Made by a program: the position numbers and the translations under genes. A stretch of DNA of 63,686 nt, counting the filler. It is 8 parts of 8 records of this genome, joined end to end, with 100 filler letters (N's around TTAATTAATTAA, not from the genome) between each part and the next. Parts side by side here need not be neighbours in the genome. Positions count along the whole stretch, not along the records: positions 7,190 to 16,015 come from SRR31156797_12214; positions 16,116 to 31,734 come from SRR31156797_12216; 6 more parts are not named here. One strand, written 5' to 3'. The notes beneath the pieces were generated by a model. The model was not told where the DNA came from. It did not search any database and was given only the letters and a program-made list of their open reading frames with translations. Positions 10,458-20,900 of the stretch are shown here, in pieces (positions within the stretch are counted from its first letter, which is position 1; each line of letters opens with the position of its first letter).

Positions 10458-11138
10458 TTAATGCGAATAGACTTCGTCTATTCCACTGACGTACTTTGAT
10501 TTTTTCGAAAAGAAAAACGGAAATTCATCCACAACGGGAGAAGCATCCATATCAAATTCGTGATTATACTTAAGTTCAAGAACCGCTTCCCCATCAAGGC
10601 TGCCGAAATTGCCGGAGCGTTCGATGACACTGGGATGCGAATACCGAAGATCATAATCCATTGTCGCCCGGAACCTTTCATCGGCAGAGAGAAAATACCG
10701 CCGCCTGTAGCGATTGAACAAGGCGGGTCGCGTTTCTGCCAACTGCAATTTGACATCCTCTGGAAGTGCGAGCGTATTTGAAAAGGAAAATGTAGCAAGG
10801 TCGCCGGGTTGCAACGAGATGGGAAAAACATCCTTGAAACCGGCAGCGCCCACCTTGCGCTTTATCTCAAAGCGGCATTCCTTGGCCAAAGTTGTATCTC
10901 CATACCAACGAATACGCAGTTTCTTTCGCTCTGCAACACCTTGGACGTTCTCGTTGTAGAAACGAAACATCGGCGTATCAAAATAGATATTATTGACGAT
11001 CCGTTCAGCAAATATTTCTTTGAAGCCAAAACTGCTGTACCGCAAAATCGAGGCCAGATTCTGCACCATATGCAACGGAACAATGAACTTCCTTTCATAG
11101 CGACAGGAACGGGTTCCGTCCGTGCTGGCCGTGTTCAT
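10458..11138 (-). CDS. VTC (polyphosphate polymerase)/CYTH-like domain protein
   Basis: RYERKF, VNNIYFDT, RKKLRIRWYG, EIKRK, YRRRYF, RATMD, VLELKY, SKYV. Confidence 0.85.
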   Translation of the reverse strand: MNTASTDGTRSCRYERKFIVPLHMVQNLASILRYSSFGFKEIFAERIVNNIYFDTPMFRFYNENVQGVAERKKLRIRWYGDTTLAKECRFEIKRKVGAAGFKDVFPISLQPGDLATFSFSNTLALPEDVKLQLAETRPALFNRYRRRYFLSADERFRATMDYDLRYSHPSVIERSGNFGSLDGEAVLELKYNHEFDMDASPVVDEFPFFFSKKSKYVSGIDEVYSH

Positions 11139-12070
11139 TAGATAAGATTCCTTGCCTGAACAATCGTCATGTTGGCGTCGGGATATTGCTCCCGAAATTG
11201 CTGCCCCAGCACTTCGAGAATCTGAATGGTATTGATCTCCACAAGAAAGCTGACATGACTTGAAGTGTCGCTTGTCTCAAGACGAGTAAACTCATAGGCC
11301 ACTTCATTCTTGTCCAGAAAACTCGAGACCGAAGAAAGTAGGTCTTTTCCGGGACCATACAGAGTCACAAGATACGCATTCTCCATATGTTTATTTGCCC
11401 GAATTTTACGAAACAAAATGAAGCCGATGCAAATGGCCCAGAATGCAGCTAGAGTAATGCCAAACTTTCCAGCACCGAATCCAAGCCCGATGGCGACGGT
11501 AAAAAAGAGAAAGGCAAGCTCTTCCGGTTCCTTAATCGCTGTCCTGAAACGAATGATGGAAAGGGCACCGACAAGACCAAGGGAGAGAGCAAGGGATGCC
11601 TTGACCACTGAAATGACGAGCATAATCGTCAGGGCAAGCATCACAAAGGTGTTGGCAAAACGCTTGCGATTGGAAAGCGAAGCTCCGAAAACAGTATAAA
11701 CAGAAGCCACGAGTCGCGCACAACCACCACTGAAAACAAACCCTACGCAGAACTCAACATACGGAGTGGGAATCGGCAGTACACCGGCCCAAAGAGACAA
11801 GCCACTGAGATTAAACCACGTCAAACCGGACCAGATTTCATCAACCTGATCCTGAGCCAACTTCGGCAACACCCGTTGCATGGCCACGAAGTAGACGACT
11901 CCGAGAACAAGCCCAATTCCCACGGCAACAGGCAGTTCATTCAACAAACGGGACAAATCGCCTCGGCTGGCCGCACTGTTGATGGCAAAAGATGAAGCCG
12001 CCGACACCGCTCCGACCAGACAACCGAAGAAGCGGGTTTTACTGCCCATAAAAGAAAAAGTATTACTCAT
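11138..12070 (-). CDS. DUF4956-family membrane protein with extra N-terminal hydrophobic region
   Basis: SLALSLGLVGALSIIRFRTAIKEPEELAFLF. Confidence 0.85.
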   Translation of the reverse strand: MSNTFSFMGSKTRFFGCLVGAVSAASSFAINSAASRGDLSRLLNELPVAVGIGLVLGVVYFVAMQRVLPKLAQDQVDEIWSGLTWFNLSGLSLWAGVLPIPTPYVEFCVGFVFSGGCARLVASVYTVFGASLSNRKRFANTFVMLALTIMLVISVVKASLALSLGLVGALSIIRFRTAIKEPEELAFLFFTVAIGLGFGAGKFGITLAAFWAICIGFILFRKIRANKHMENAYLVTLYGPGKDLLSSVSSFLDKNEVAYEFTRLETSDTSSHVSFLVEINTIQILEVLGQQFREQYPDANMTIVQARNLI

Positions 12071-14267
12071 TATGCTGCTCTTGGACTATAGACGGCTTGA
12101 ACAGGGCACAGTCCGTAAATGCCTTGCCTGCCTGTATGTGTATCTGTGGTTGCTTATTGCCCGGGGTCATTTTCCAACCCGCAAAAACATATCCGGGGGC
12201 CGGAACTGCAGAGATGGTAATCTCCATATTTTCAGGGACAAGCCCCTGCAGGATGCCGTCATTAAGCGGGACACCCTCCGCAACGATCATTCCTTCACCC
12301 TGCTTATCAATGCGTATCTTCGTATATACCGGTTTACCAACAGCAAACCGTTTATCAAGAATCGACAGCATGGCCTGTGGTCTTTGCCGACAATACTCGC
12401 GAAGGCCTTCAAGGTTCTGTTCCCAATCGCCCACAGTCATGAACAGTCTGTCCGGCTTCCAGTCCCACCGCCATCGGTCGATATGTCGCTGCATTTCAGG
12501 ACGAATGTCACCGGCAATACGATCAAGAATAGTCATTGATCTCTCAGGATCGAAGGTGGTCAGCATATGTACAATCAGGCGCCCACAAAAATCTTTAACA
12601 AACTGCGTGTTTTCTGCCAACTGCGCAAACATGAGACCGCGCCCGCCCTGCCGTTGATAGAGCTTTGTAAACGGATCAACTTCCGGGCCTTTTCCGCGCT
12701 TACCGTTAAACCCCCGATCAAGGTCGAAAAGAATCCATTGCCACTTGATCTCTTTTGACTCGGGTCGCCAACATTTAATGTTTCCGTCGGGCCAGTCAGG
12801 ATTGCCGGAATACAACTCCACTGCCAGATAATCCAGAAAAGCATCGACATCCAACTGCGACAAGGCAGGCTTATAATCTCCTTCGACCGGGATAGGCCCC
12901 ATGTTGGCAAAAGGTCCTTTTGCCGAGGCAACCTGCCCTCCGCCGTCCATCAAGGAAATACGCTGAATGGGCAAATCATGGCGAGCAAGCAAATTCTTAC
13001 GCATCATGAACTCCCGAAGGCCGTAGACACCCCAATAGGAGCCATTGAGATATACGACAACAGGCCGGTAAGGCATGATGTCACAGGCAACCCTGTTTTC
13101 CACCAAAGACTGAATGAACGCGTCCCGAATCTGTGTCCGCAGCCAAGCGTCGCCGCCGTTACGAAGAATGAAACCGGCGTAGTTTTCCCTTTCGACGTGA
13201 GGGAAAAGCTGACGCTGAAGACCGTACGGTTCCTTTTTACTCGTTGTATATACGGCAAAGGATTTTTGTGGCCGACCACGGGAAGCCCCGCCAAAAATGC
13301 GGGTTTTACCGTCCACCGACCAATTCTCGACAGCTGAAAAGAACTCTATATGTACCGGCCTACGCCAATTATTACTCCAATTTGGGGCAAAGCTTTCACC
13401 CTTTTGAGGCGAATCGCCCTCCGTATATATACCGATTTCCGGGTCCCACAGATTTTTCGGAGCCGTGACAACAGAAACCACGGGGAGATTTCCCGGTTCA
13501 TTCACAATATAGGAGCTGATCTTTCGAGCAAGGACTTTCCCTTCCGACGAGACTGCGGCAACCCGAATAGCGGTCGTTTCCGAGAGGGAAAGAGGACCTG
13601 TCAAAAGGAGCGATGTCGCCTCTGGGATGGTACCGTCCGTGGTATATCGAACCTGCATGCCTTCCGGGACTGAGACATTCAGTTCGACCGCGTCCTCGTA
13701 CATGCCTCCGGGAGGGGAGAAGAGGATGGGAATATCTGTGTCCACAGCGAGAAGAACCGAACTTTCCTGATTCGCGCTCCCTTTAGTCGGGCTGGCGTGA
13801 ATATAAAAAGTATTGCCACCATCAGGCCACCTACCCAGCGAGGTAAATCGCGGAAGGTCATTGTAAGAAACGGAATCAATCAGTTCGCCCTCGGGAGAAA
13901 AAAGCCCTACTTCTCCGGTAACACTGGTCAGCCGGAAAGAGGTATGATCGTAGCGGTCTTTTTTGTCGCAATAAAAGACTTTGTAGCCACGCGGAGGACA
14001 CACAAAATCCGCCCGAATAGGCCACTGTTGTTCCTCAACATTTTTCGTCAGGATGCATCCCTTAAGCGAAAGAGGTACATCGCCTCTATTATACAGTTCT
14101 ATCCAGTCGGGATAATTTGACGATCCATCAACGAAAACCTCGTTGATCACAAGCGGGGAAGGGGTGTCGGCCCGGGCCGAAGAAAGCGGCAATGCACAAA
14201 GACACAAAAGCACCACACACAGGGTGAAAAAAAGGTCGTCGCGGGTACGAAAATGGAATTCATTCAT
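12063..14267 (-). CDS. Exported CotH-family kinase with lamin-tail and Fn3-associated domains
   Basis: Signal peptide; VINEV..DWIELYN; RYTTDGTIP; LRNGGD; NGSYWGVYGLRE; DWPDGN; WILFDLD. Confidence 0.85.
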   Translation of the reverse strand: MNEFHFRTRDDLFFTLCVVLLCLCALPLSSARADTPSPLVINEVFVDGSSNYPDWIELYNRGDVPLSLKGCILTKNVEEQQWPIRADFVCPPRGYKVFYCDKKDRYDHTSFRLTSVTGEVGLFSPEGELIDSVSYNDLPRFTSLGRWPDGGNTFYIHASPTKGSANQESSVLLAVDTDIPILFSPPGGMYEDAVELNVSVPEGMQVRYTTDGTIPEATSLLLTGPLSLSETTAIRVAAVSSEGKVLARKISSYIVNEPGNLPVVSVVTAPKNLWDPEIGIYTEGDSPQKGESFAPNWSNNWRRPVHIEFFSAVENWSVDGKTRIFGGASRGRPQKSFAVYTTSKKEPYGLQRQLFPHVERENYAGFILRNGGDAWLRTQIRDAFIQSLVENRVACDIMPYRPVVVYLNGSYWGVYGLREFMMRKNLLARHDLPIQRISLMDGGGQVASAKGPFANMGPIPVEGDYKPALSQLDVDAFLDYLAVELYSGNPDWPDGNIKCWRPESKEIKWQWILFDLDRGFNGKRGKGPEVDPFTKLYQRQGGRGLMFAQLAENTQFVKDFCGRLIVHMLTTFDPERSMTILDRIAGDIRPEMQRHIDRWRWDWKPDRLFMTVGDWEQNLEGLREYCRQRPQAMLSILDKRFAVGKPVYTKIRIDKQGEGMIVAEGVPLNDGILQGLVPENMEITISAVPAPGYVFAGWKMTPGNKQPQIHIQAGKAFTDCALFKPSIVQEQHNE

Positions 14268-14594
14268 AGTGTGTCTTTATTGTTGGTAAGCCGTCATTTT
14301 CCTACCGGAGATCATGATAGTTGTAAACTGCCGGAAGCCTGTTGCATCAAGCGTTTCGCCTGTAACGACACATTCCATATAGACATAAAATACTACCGAC
14401 AACGGCAATTCGTTACTCTTCCGTATGCCCTGTCAAAAAACGGGATACAACAGTTGATCACCCAACATGCACCATATCATACCAATCTCAACCAAATAAA
14501 GAGACGGTTCCACCCCGGAAAGGATCACCCTTTCCGGTTTGAAACCGTACATATTTCGAACACGGTCCTCAGCGCACTGACGACCAATAATACA

Positions 14595-15092
14595 CTACTT
14601 GATGACTGCAGCCCCAGCTATGGCCACGCTTTCATCTTCATCAACACTGCCGCCGCTCACACCGATTGCACCAATGATAACGTTATTTGCATCCACCAGC
14701 GGAACGCCTCCGGCAAAGAGAATCAGGCCGTCATTGCTGACTTCAATACCGTAAAGGGATTTTCCAACCTGAGAAGCGGCTCCCAGCGCGCGAGTGGGCA
14801 TATTGAAGTAACGAGCCGTGACTGCTTTCTTGATAGAGATATCAATGCTGCCGATAAAAGCGTCTTCCTGACGATAGAAGGCTTTGAGATTACCACCGGC
14901 GTCAACAATGGCGATATTCATCGGGACCTTGATAGCCTCGGCCTTCTTGAGCGCAGCCGTCAAAATGGTCTGAGCTTGAGCGAGTGTGATATCTCCAGGC
15001 AATGTTTTAACTGGGCTGCCTGCAAGAGCAGGAAGAGAAAAAGACAGCATGAAGGAGAGAGCAAGAATTGTAGAGAGCATCAGTTTTCGCAT
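14595..15092 (-). CDS. GlcG/HbpS-family heme-binding protein with signal peptide
   Basis: IAIVDAGGNL, SIKKAVTA, GGVPL, IGAIGVSGG. Confidence 0.85.
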   Translation of the reverse strand: MRKLMLSTILALSFMLSFSLPALAGSPVKTLPGDITLAQAQTILTAALKKAEAIKVPMNIAIVDAGGNLKAFYRQEDAFIGSIDISIKKAVTARYFNMPTRALGAASQVGKSLYGIEVSNDGLILFAGGVPLVDANNVIIGAIGVSGGSVDEDESVAIAGAAVIK

Positions 15093-15420
15093 GTGCGACT
15101 CCTTAATAAAGAAATTGGCGCGTTGACATTTTGTAACGCCTCACTGCCGACATCAGCATCCGGCCAATCGGGGTTACACCGCATAACGCAACGTCTGGAC
15201 GAGAACTCCAGATTCCTCTCACAGGGCATAACGCGAAGAACACCCTGCAATTAAAAACATACCTACGCCTGACGTATAGCCAAGACAACAGGATTCTTGA
15301 TTTATCTTTCATACAAACGCCTGAAAAGGATTGAAAGCAAAGCACAAAAAAAGATCAGACCCGACGTATATTTTTCATTCGTCAAAATCTGATCTTTTTT
15401 GCAGGCCTCAGGCCTTCATC

Positions 15421-16014
15421 TTATAACGATTCAAATTCAAGATTTTCCTGATATTGCCGGTAATCATCTATGCCGACGAAATAGTCCGGGTCTTCCAGCA
15501 CATTCACAACGCAAATTTTTTCAGCCCGCTTGATGAGACGAATACAATCGGCACTGAGATGCCAAAGATGAACGGATTTGCCTGCACGATGATACAACGC
15601 GGCAATCTTATTAATAGCTTCGATGGCTGATTGATCCATGATCCGGGATTCCTGAAAGTCGATGATGACTTCATCCGGGTCGTTGATCACGTCAAACTTG
15701 CTCAAAAAGAGTGCGGTAGAAGCGAAAAACAGCGGACCGTAAATCTGGTAATGCTTAATACCGTGTTCATCCACCATTTTCCGAGCACGAATCCGCAGGG
15801 CGTTTTTCCATGCAAAAATCAGGGCCGAAATAATGACACCACAAATAACCGCGATGGCCAGATCGTACTTCACAGTCAGTACAGTCACCAACACGATAAC
15901 CAGTACGTCCCACTTGGGAATCTTGTTCATGATGTTGAACGTGCTCCATGCAAAGGTCTTGATGACCACGATGAACATCACGCCGACCAGAGCGGCAATG
16001 GGAATCTGTTCAAT
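15421..16014 (-). CDS. SulP-family anion transporter, C-terminal part with STAS domain
   Basis: IPIAALVGVMFIVV, DLAIAV, YGPLFFAS, IMDQSAIEA. Confidence 0.88.
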   Translation of the reverse strand: MEQIPIAALVGVMFIVVIKTFAWSTFNIMNKIPKWDVLVIVLVTVLTVKYDLAIAVICGVIISALIFAWKNALRIRARKMVDEHGIKHYQIYGPLFFASTALFLSKFDVINDPDEVIIDFQESRIMDQSAIEAINKIAALYHRAGKSVHLWHLSADCIRLIKRAEKICVVNVLEDPDYFVGIDDYRQYQENLEFESL

Positions 16015-16116
16015 ANNNNNNNNNNNNNNNNNNNNNNNNNNNNNNNNNNNNNNNNNNNNTTAATTAATTAANNNNNNNNNNNNNNNNNNNNNNNNNNNNN
16101 NNNNNNNNNNNNNNNG

Positions 16117-17445
16117 TTAAAGGAAAGATTTACAGATGAAATGCCACAGTCAGCTTCAGGTAAAACTATAATGACTACTCAGGTACAGTTCGTACCAGAC
16201 GAGGCTGTGGAGATAGACCTGCCGCCGTCTACTAAGGCGAAAATCCGCCTAATAGACTGTGTAGGCTATATGGTTGACGGCGCTCTAGGGCATGAGGAGG
16301 AAAATGTTCCTCGCATGGTTAAGACTCCTTGGTTTGATCACGAGGTGACATTCTCAGAGGCTGCTGAAACAGGAACGAAGAAGGTAATAACTGATTATTC
16401 AACTATTGGTATTGTAGTTTTGACCGATGGTTCTATCACCAATATCCCCAATGAAAACTACAAAAAAGCAGAGGAAAGAGTGATATCTGAGCTTAAAGAA
16501 CTGGGTAAGCCATTTATAGTAGTTGTCAATTCTACTATGCCATTGGGGGATGATTGTCAGAATAAACTGGCATTGATTAAGGAGAAGTATGATGTGGCGG
16601 CAGTAGCAGTTGATGTTCTGCATATGTCTGAGGGGGATATTGCACAAATACTTGGTGCAGCACTATATGAATTCCCAGCTCGTGTAATGAAATTCTCAGT
16701 ACCTGATTGGATGAAAACTCTGCCAATCAAGCACTGGGTATGGTGCGGTGTAGTAGAGCTGCTGCGTCAGGCAACTGATTATTTCTTCCGCATTAGGGAT
16801 TATGAAAAGGTAACTGCCCAGTTCATGCTCAATGAAAATGTAGAGAGTATCTTTATCGACAGAGTAAACCCCGGAGAGGGCGAGATTTGCGCCAGCTTGA
16901 TGGTGAAGGAGGAATTATATTTCAAAGTACTATCCGAAGCCTGTGGAGTGGAAATCACCAACAATGCTCATTTGATGGAGATAATATCCGAAATGGCAAA
17001 GGCAAAGAATGAATACGATTATTTTAAGGATGCAATAGCTGAAGCTAAGCAGACTGGTTATGGCATGGCTGTACCTAGGGTAGAGGAAATGAGCCTGGAG
17101 ACACCCAATATTATCAAGAGAGGCAAAGGCTATGGCGTTAATTTCTCTGCAACTGCTCCATCATGGCACATAATGAGAGCTGATGTGGCTGCTGAGATTA
17201 ATCCTATTGTGGGCACAGAACAGCAGAGTGAGGAATTGGTACACTATCTGCTGGATGGCTTTGATAGTGATCCTGCAGGCATCTGGGATACAGAAATATT
17301 TGGTAAATCACTTAGTTCATTAATGCGTGAAGGATTGAATCAGAAGCTAAACAATTTGCCAATGGATTCCAGGCTTAAGTTTAAGGATACTATTGAAAAG
17401 GTGGTAAACGAGACTGGCGGCGGTGTGGTGTGTATATTGTTTTAG
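16117..17445 (+). CDS. spoIVA: Stage IV sporulation protein A (5' truncated)
   Basis: DEMPQSASGKTIMTT, LIDCVGY, RMVKTPWF, STIGIVVLTDGS, NPIVGTEQQSEELV, IFGKSL. Confidence 0.95.
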   Translation, partial: LKERFTDEMPQSASGKTIMTTQVQFVPDEAVEIDLPPSTKAKIRLIDCVGYMVDGALGHEEENVPRMVKTPWFDHEVTFSEAAETGTKKVITDYSTIGIVVLTDGSITNIPNENYKKAEERVISELKELGKPFIVVVNSTMPLGDDCQNKLALIKEKYDVAAVAVDVLHMSEGDIAQILGAALYEFPARVMKFSVPDWMKTLPIKHWVWCGVVELLRQATDYFFRIRDYEKVTAQFMLNENVESIFIDRVNPGEGEICASLMVKEELYFKVLSEACGVEITNNAHLMEIISEMAKAKNEYDYFKDAIAEAKQTGYGMAVPRVEEMSLETPNIIKRGKGYGVNFSATAPSWHIMRADVAAEINPIVGTEQQSEELVHYLLDGFDSDPAGIWDTEIFGKSLSSLMREGLNQKLNNLPMDSRLKFKDTIEKVVNETGGGVVCILF

Positions 17446-17641
17446 TGGGGAGATAGGGGTGCTTCCTTAAAAGACACCTAATGTAAGGAATATACCCCTT
17501 TGGAATTCTGATTTTAACCTAATTGATTAGGGCTTAAAATAGTATTGCTGTGTGCAGTACTATTTTTTTATATGCATATAATATATTAACAAACTATATA
17601 TTGGGAGAAGTCCCTTTAGCGAGTTTGGGCAGAGCCCATAG

Positions 17642-17670
17642 AAAAGCCGCCAGTTAATGACTGACGGCTT
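17642..17670 (-). terminator. Intrinsic terminator of pgi
   Basis: AAGCCGTCAGTCATTAACTGGCGGCTTTT on the minus strand. Confidence 0.65.
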
Positions 17671-17704
17671 ATTGATATTTAGTTGATTGCTTTGCACTTA
17701 AGAA

Positions 17705-19177
17705 TTATAGAATATACTCCTCATTCTTTGGAGTACGGTTAGCCAGCTCTTCTCTTTTTTCATCATAACCAGCCTTGCCCAGCAGTGCGTAAGTTGCTAC
17801 CTTGCCGCCCTCTACACCTGGTTGATTGAATGCATCAATATTCAGCAGTTCGCCTGCTACAGCAGTCTGAATCATAAAGAAGCTCATCAATTGACCGATA
17901 GTGAACGCATTAACTTCAGGCAGTGTTATGCGTTGGTTCAGCTTACCAGCCACTGTCAGTGCATATTCAGTAGCGTCATATTCGCTTTGGATTAGTTCAT
18001 TCAATGTATGCCCGCCTAGGAATGCAACATCCGGTACATCTTCACAGCCTTCATTGATTGTGTATTCCTCTCTGTAGCTGTCTACACCGATAAATGTAAT
18101 AACCTTATCAAACGGACCCTCTGCATATAGCTGTACCTGTGAGTGCTGGTCAGTTACACCTAGAGCCTTTACAGGAGTCTGCCCTACGTGAACAGCATTG
18201 CCGTCATTATCCAGCTTCTTACCTAGTGATTCAGCCCATAGCTGTGCATGCCAGTCAGCCATGTATTTTAGCGAATCAGCATAAGGCATTACTACCTGAA
18301 TATTCTTATTTTTCTGTTCCATAGCAATGTACATCAAAAGCCCTGCCATATGTGCTGGATTTTTATAGACATCATCTTCTTTGCTTAGCTCAGTCATATA
18401 GCCAACACCTGCTAGCATCTCCTCGATGTCAATGCCGCAAACAGCTGCAGGCAGGAGACCTACAGGACAGATTTCAGAGAATCTTCCGCCTACACCATCA
18501 GGAATATAGAATGTTTTAATATTATGCTTTTTAGCTATCTTTATAAGGTTGCCGCTGTCTTTGCTGGTGGTTGCAACTAAGTTCTTTGCAAAGTCATCAC
18601 CTAGTGCATCCTTTAAAAGAGCCTGTGCGATTAGGTACTGGCTCATTGTTTCTGATGTTGAGCCTGATTTAGAAACTACATTGAAGCAGGTTCTCTTTAC
18701 ATCTATTACATCCAGCAGAGCTTTCATTCTCTCTGGGTCTACATTGTCCTCTACATAGAATTTTGGGAATTTACGTACATCTTTTGGCAGATCATTGTAT
18801 CTCATGTGATTTAGTGCTTGCTGAACTGCAATTGGTCCTAAGGCACTTCCGCCTATACCTAGCACTACAAAATTATCAAAATTCTCACTGACATGTTTAG
18901 CATAGTCCAAAATATCTGCAACTATTTCATCCTGATTGTATGCTAATTCAGTCCAAGCCAGCATGTATTCTGCTTTGCCCGATTTAGCATCCAGAGATTT
19001 TCTGCATGCATTGTACTTATCCAGCATACCTTCAATATCAGCTTTTGAGATTGGCAGTACTTTGTCCTGCACATCTGTGTCCTGACGGCTTACATCAATA
19101 GCCGTGTCCATTAGGTTGTTAAAATCATAGCGAAGCTTCATACTCTCCTTAAAACTTCCATCCTGATATCTTTTCAT
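17705..19177 (-). CDS. pgi: Glucose-6-phosphate isomerase
   Basis: GIGGSALG, SKSGSTSET, VGGRFS, QLWAESLGK, DQHS, AFNQPGVE. Confidence 0.95.
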   Translation of the reverse strand: MKRYQDGSFKESMKLRYDFNNLMDTAIDVSRQDTDVQDKVLPISKADIEGMLDKYNACRKSLDAKSGKAEYMLAWTELAYNQDEIVADILDYAKHVSENFDNFVVLGIGGSALGPIAVQQALNHMRYNDLPKDVRKFPKFYVEDNVDPERMKALLDVIDVKRTCFNVVSKSGSTSETMSQYLIAQALLKDALGDDFAKNLVATTSKDSGNLIKIAKKHNIKTFYIPDGVGGRFSEICPVGLLPAAVCGIDIEEMLAGVGYMTELSKEDDVYKNPAHMAGLLMYIAMEQKNKNIQVVMPYADSLKYMADWHAQLWAESLGKKLDNDGNAVHVGQTPVKALGVTDQHSQVQLYAEGPFDKVITFIGVDSYREEYTINEGCEDVPDVAFLGGHTLNELIQSEYDATEYALTVAGKLNQRITLPEVNAFTIGQLMSFFMIQTAVAGELLNIDAFNQPGVEGGKVATYALLGKAGYDEKREELANRTPKNEEYIL

Positions 19178-19335
19178 TAAATAACTCCTTTATGTAAATT
19201 AATATTACTACCTAAATTTCGTTAACATGATACCATTTAAACATTATATTCTCAACAAAAAATAATTTTAGTTTTGTTTAGAAATAATATATGCATGTAA
19301 AATAATGTAGAAAAAACTAATTGTTGCCCAAGCAT

Positions 19336-19364
19336 ACATATATTTTTGTCCCAAATCATAGTAT
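19336..19364 (+). promoter_or_regulatory. Putative sigma-E (mother-cell) promoter of gerM
   Basis: CATATA-14 bp-CATAGTAT resembles the Bacillota sigma-E consensus; gerM is sigma-E-dependent in Bacillus. Confidence 0.5.
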
Positions 19365-19423
19365 TTAGCAGGCTTAATTACAAAATCTTAAAAAATTATA
19401 TTTGACAAAGGCAGGGCAATATT

Positions 19424-20365
19424 ATGAAAAAAGTATTTATTATAGTTCTTGCAGTCGTTATGATTGCTGGAATATTTACTGGATGCGGCAAAAAAAAGAT
19501 GGTGGAAGCTGTTGATTTGAACTTAAACGAATCAATAAAGGACAACACGATGCGTGATACAATTTTGTATTATCTGGACGAAAATGATTATCTGCTGCCA
19601 GTGCAGACAGAGATTCCTTGGGAGGAAGGTATCGGTAAAGCTGCACTAAATCAATTAGTAGCAGGTCGTGAAGCGGATATCAAGCTTGCTTCTTTAGGGT
19701 TATTCCCTCCAATACCTGAAGGGGTAACATTTGACTTGGATATCACTGACGGCGTAGCAAATGTTGATGTACTTACCAATGGGTGTCAGATGCCTGCTGG
19801 TACAAAAGGCAAAAGAATATACAAATGTTTAGCCAGTACTCTGCTTTGCTTTGAATCAGTAGATGAGGTAATTATCCACGTAGACGGTGAACAGGTAGAG
19901 ACTATTGGTATAGCAGATGTAGATGTACTAGAAACTGGTGCGAACTATGAGCCTGTAGGCAGTGATTCTAATAACAGTGTACAATATGCCAATCTGTACT
20001 TCATTACTTCCAAGGGTAATTACTTAGTTCCTGTAAAAAGACTTGCATCTGACCTTGATCCTGTTACTGTTGTAGGTGAATTGCTAGTTCCCAGCCAAAG
20101 TACAACATTGGTATCAGCTATACCAAACAATGTAGACATATTGAACGTAAGCAGTAGCGGAAGCGTGGTAACGATAGACTTTTCTGAAGAATTCAATGCT
20201 CTATCCGATGACCCAGAGCAGCAGAAACTGACACTTACTGCTATCAATAATTCTCTATGCGCCATTGATGGAATAGCAACAGTGCAGATATTGGTAGAAG
20301 GCAAGGAATACGATGCTACAGTGGAGACTATGTCACAAGATACATTCTACAATATACTTGAGTAA
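19424..20365 (+). CDS. gerM: GerMN-domain lipoprotein (GerM-like)
   Basis: Lipobox FTGC; two repeats LYY..DYLLPV and LYF..NYLVPV; VQILVEG. Confidence 0.8.
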   Translation: MKKVFIIVLAVVMIAGIFTGCGKKKMVEAVDLNLNESIKDNTMRDTILYYLDENDYLLPVQTEIPWEEGIGKAALNQLVAGREADIKLASLGLFPPIPEGVTFDLDITDGVANVDVLTNGCQMPAGTKGKRIYKCLASTLLCFESVDEVIIHVDGEQVETIGIADVDVLETGANYEPVGSDSNNSVQYANLYFITSKGNYLVPVKRLASDLDPVTVVGELLVPSQSTTLVSAIPNNVDILNVSSSGSVVTIDFSEEFNALSDDPEQQKLTLTAINNSLCAIDGIATVQILVEGKEYDATVETMSQDTFYNILE

Positions 20366-20482
20366 TTAGTGCGCTATCAGAAATAGCTGGATTATCACCT
20401 TGTAAAAGTCCTAAAACTTCACTTATTATCTTCTATGATTAAGTATGAAGTTTTAGGGCATTTTTGCGTATTAGATTAATTG

Positions 20483-20526
20483 TTGACAAATACACTTTCA
20501 TAGTGTACTATACAGATAGTGCACTA
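20483..20526 (+). promoter_or_regulatory. Sigma-A promoter overlapped by a GntR (YtrA-type) operator
   Basis: TTGACA-17-TACTAT; palindrome TAGTGTACTA-N6-TAGTGCACTA at 20501-20526. Confidence 0.75.
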
Positions 20527-20531
20527 AGGAG

Positions 20532-20900
20532 GTGTTTATTATTGATAATTTTAGAAACGACATGCCGATATATCAACAGGTAATTTTTAATATTAAATCT
20601 CAAATAGCGACTAATCAGCTGAAAATCGGCGATAAGCTCCCTTCATCTCGGGAATTGGCGATAAAATACTCCATAAACCCAAATACTGCAAGCAGGGTGT
20701 ACAAGGAGATGGAACTAATGGGTTTATGTTTCACGAAGAGAGGACTGGGCACATTTGTAACAGAGGACGCTAGTGTCATAAGCGATATAAAAAGGTCTAT
20801 GGCAGATACACTGGTGGAGGACTTTGTAGTATCTATGAAGACAATAGGCTACACTAAAAAAGAAATGATAAATCTTATTGAGCAAAAGGAGATAGATTGA
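20532..20900 (+). CDS. GntR/YtrA-family regulator
   Basis: PIYQQ, LPSSRELA, INPNTASRVYKE, RGLGTFV; start codon uncertain. Confidence 0.9.
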   Translation: MFIIDNFRNDMPIYQQVIFNIKSQIATNQLKIGDKLPSSRELAIKYSINPNTASRVYKEMELMGLCFTKRGLGTFVTEDASVISDIKRSMADTLVEDFVVSMKTIGYTKKEMINLIEQKEID

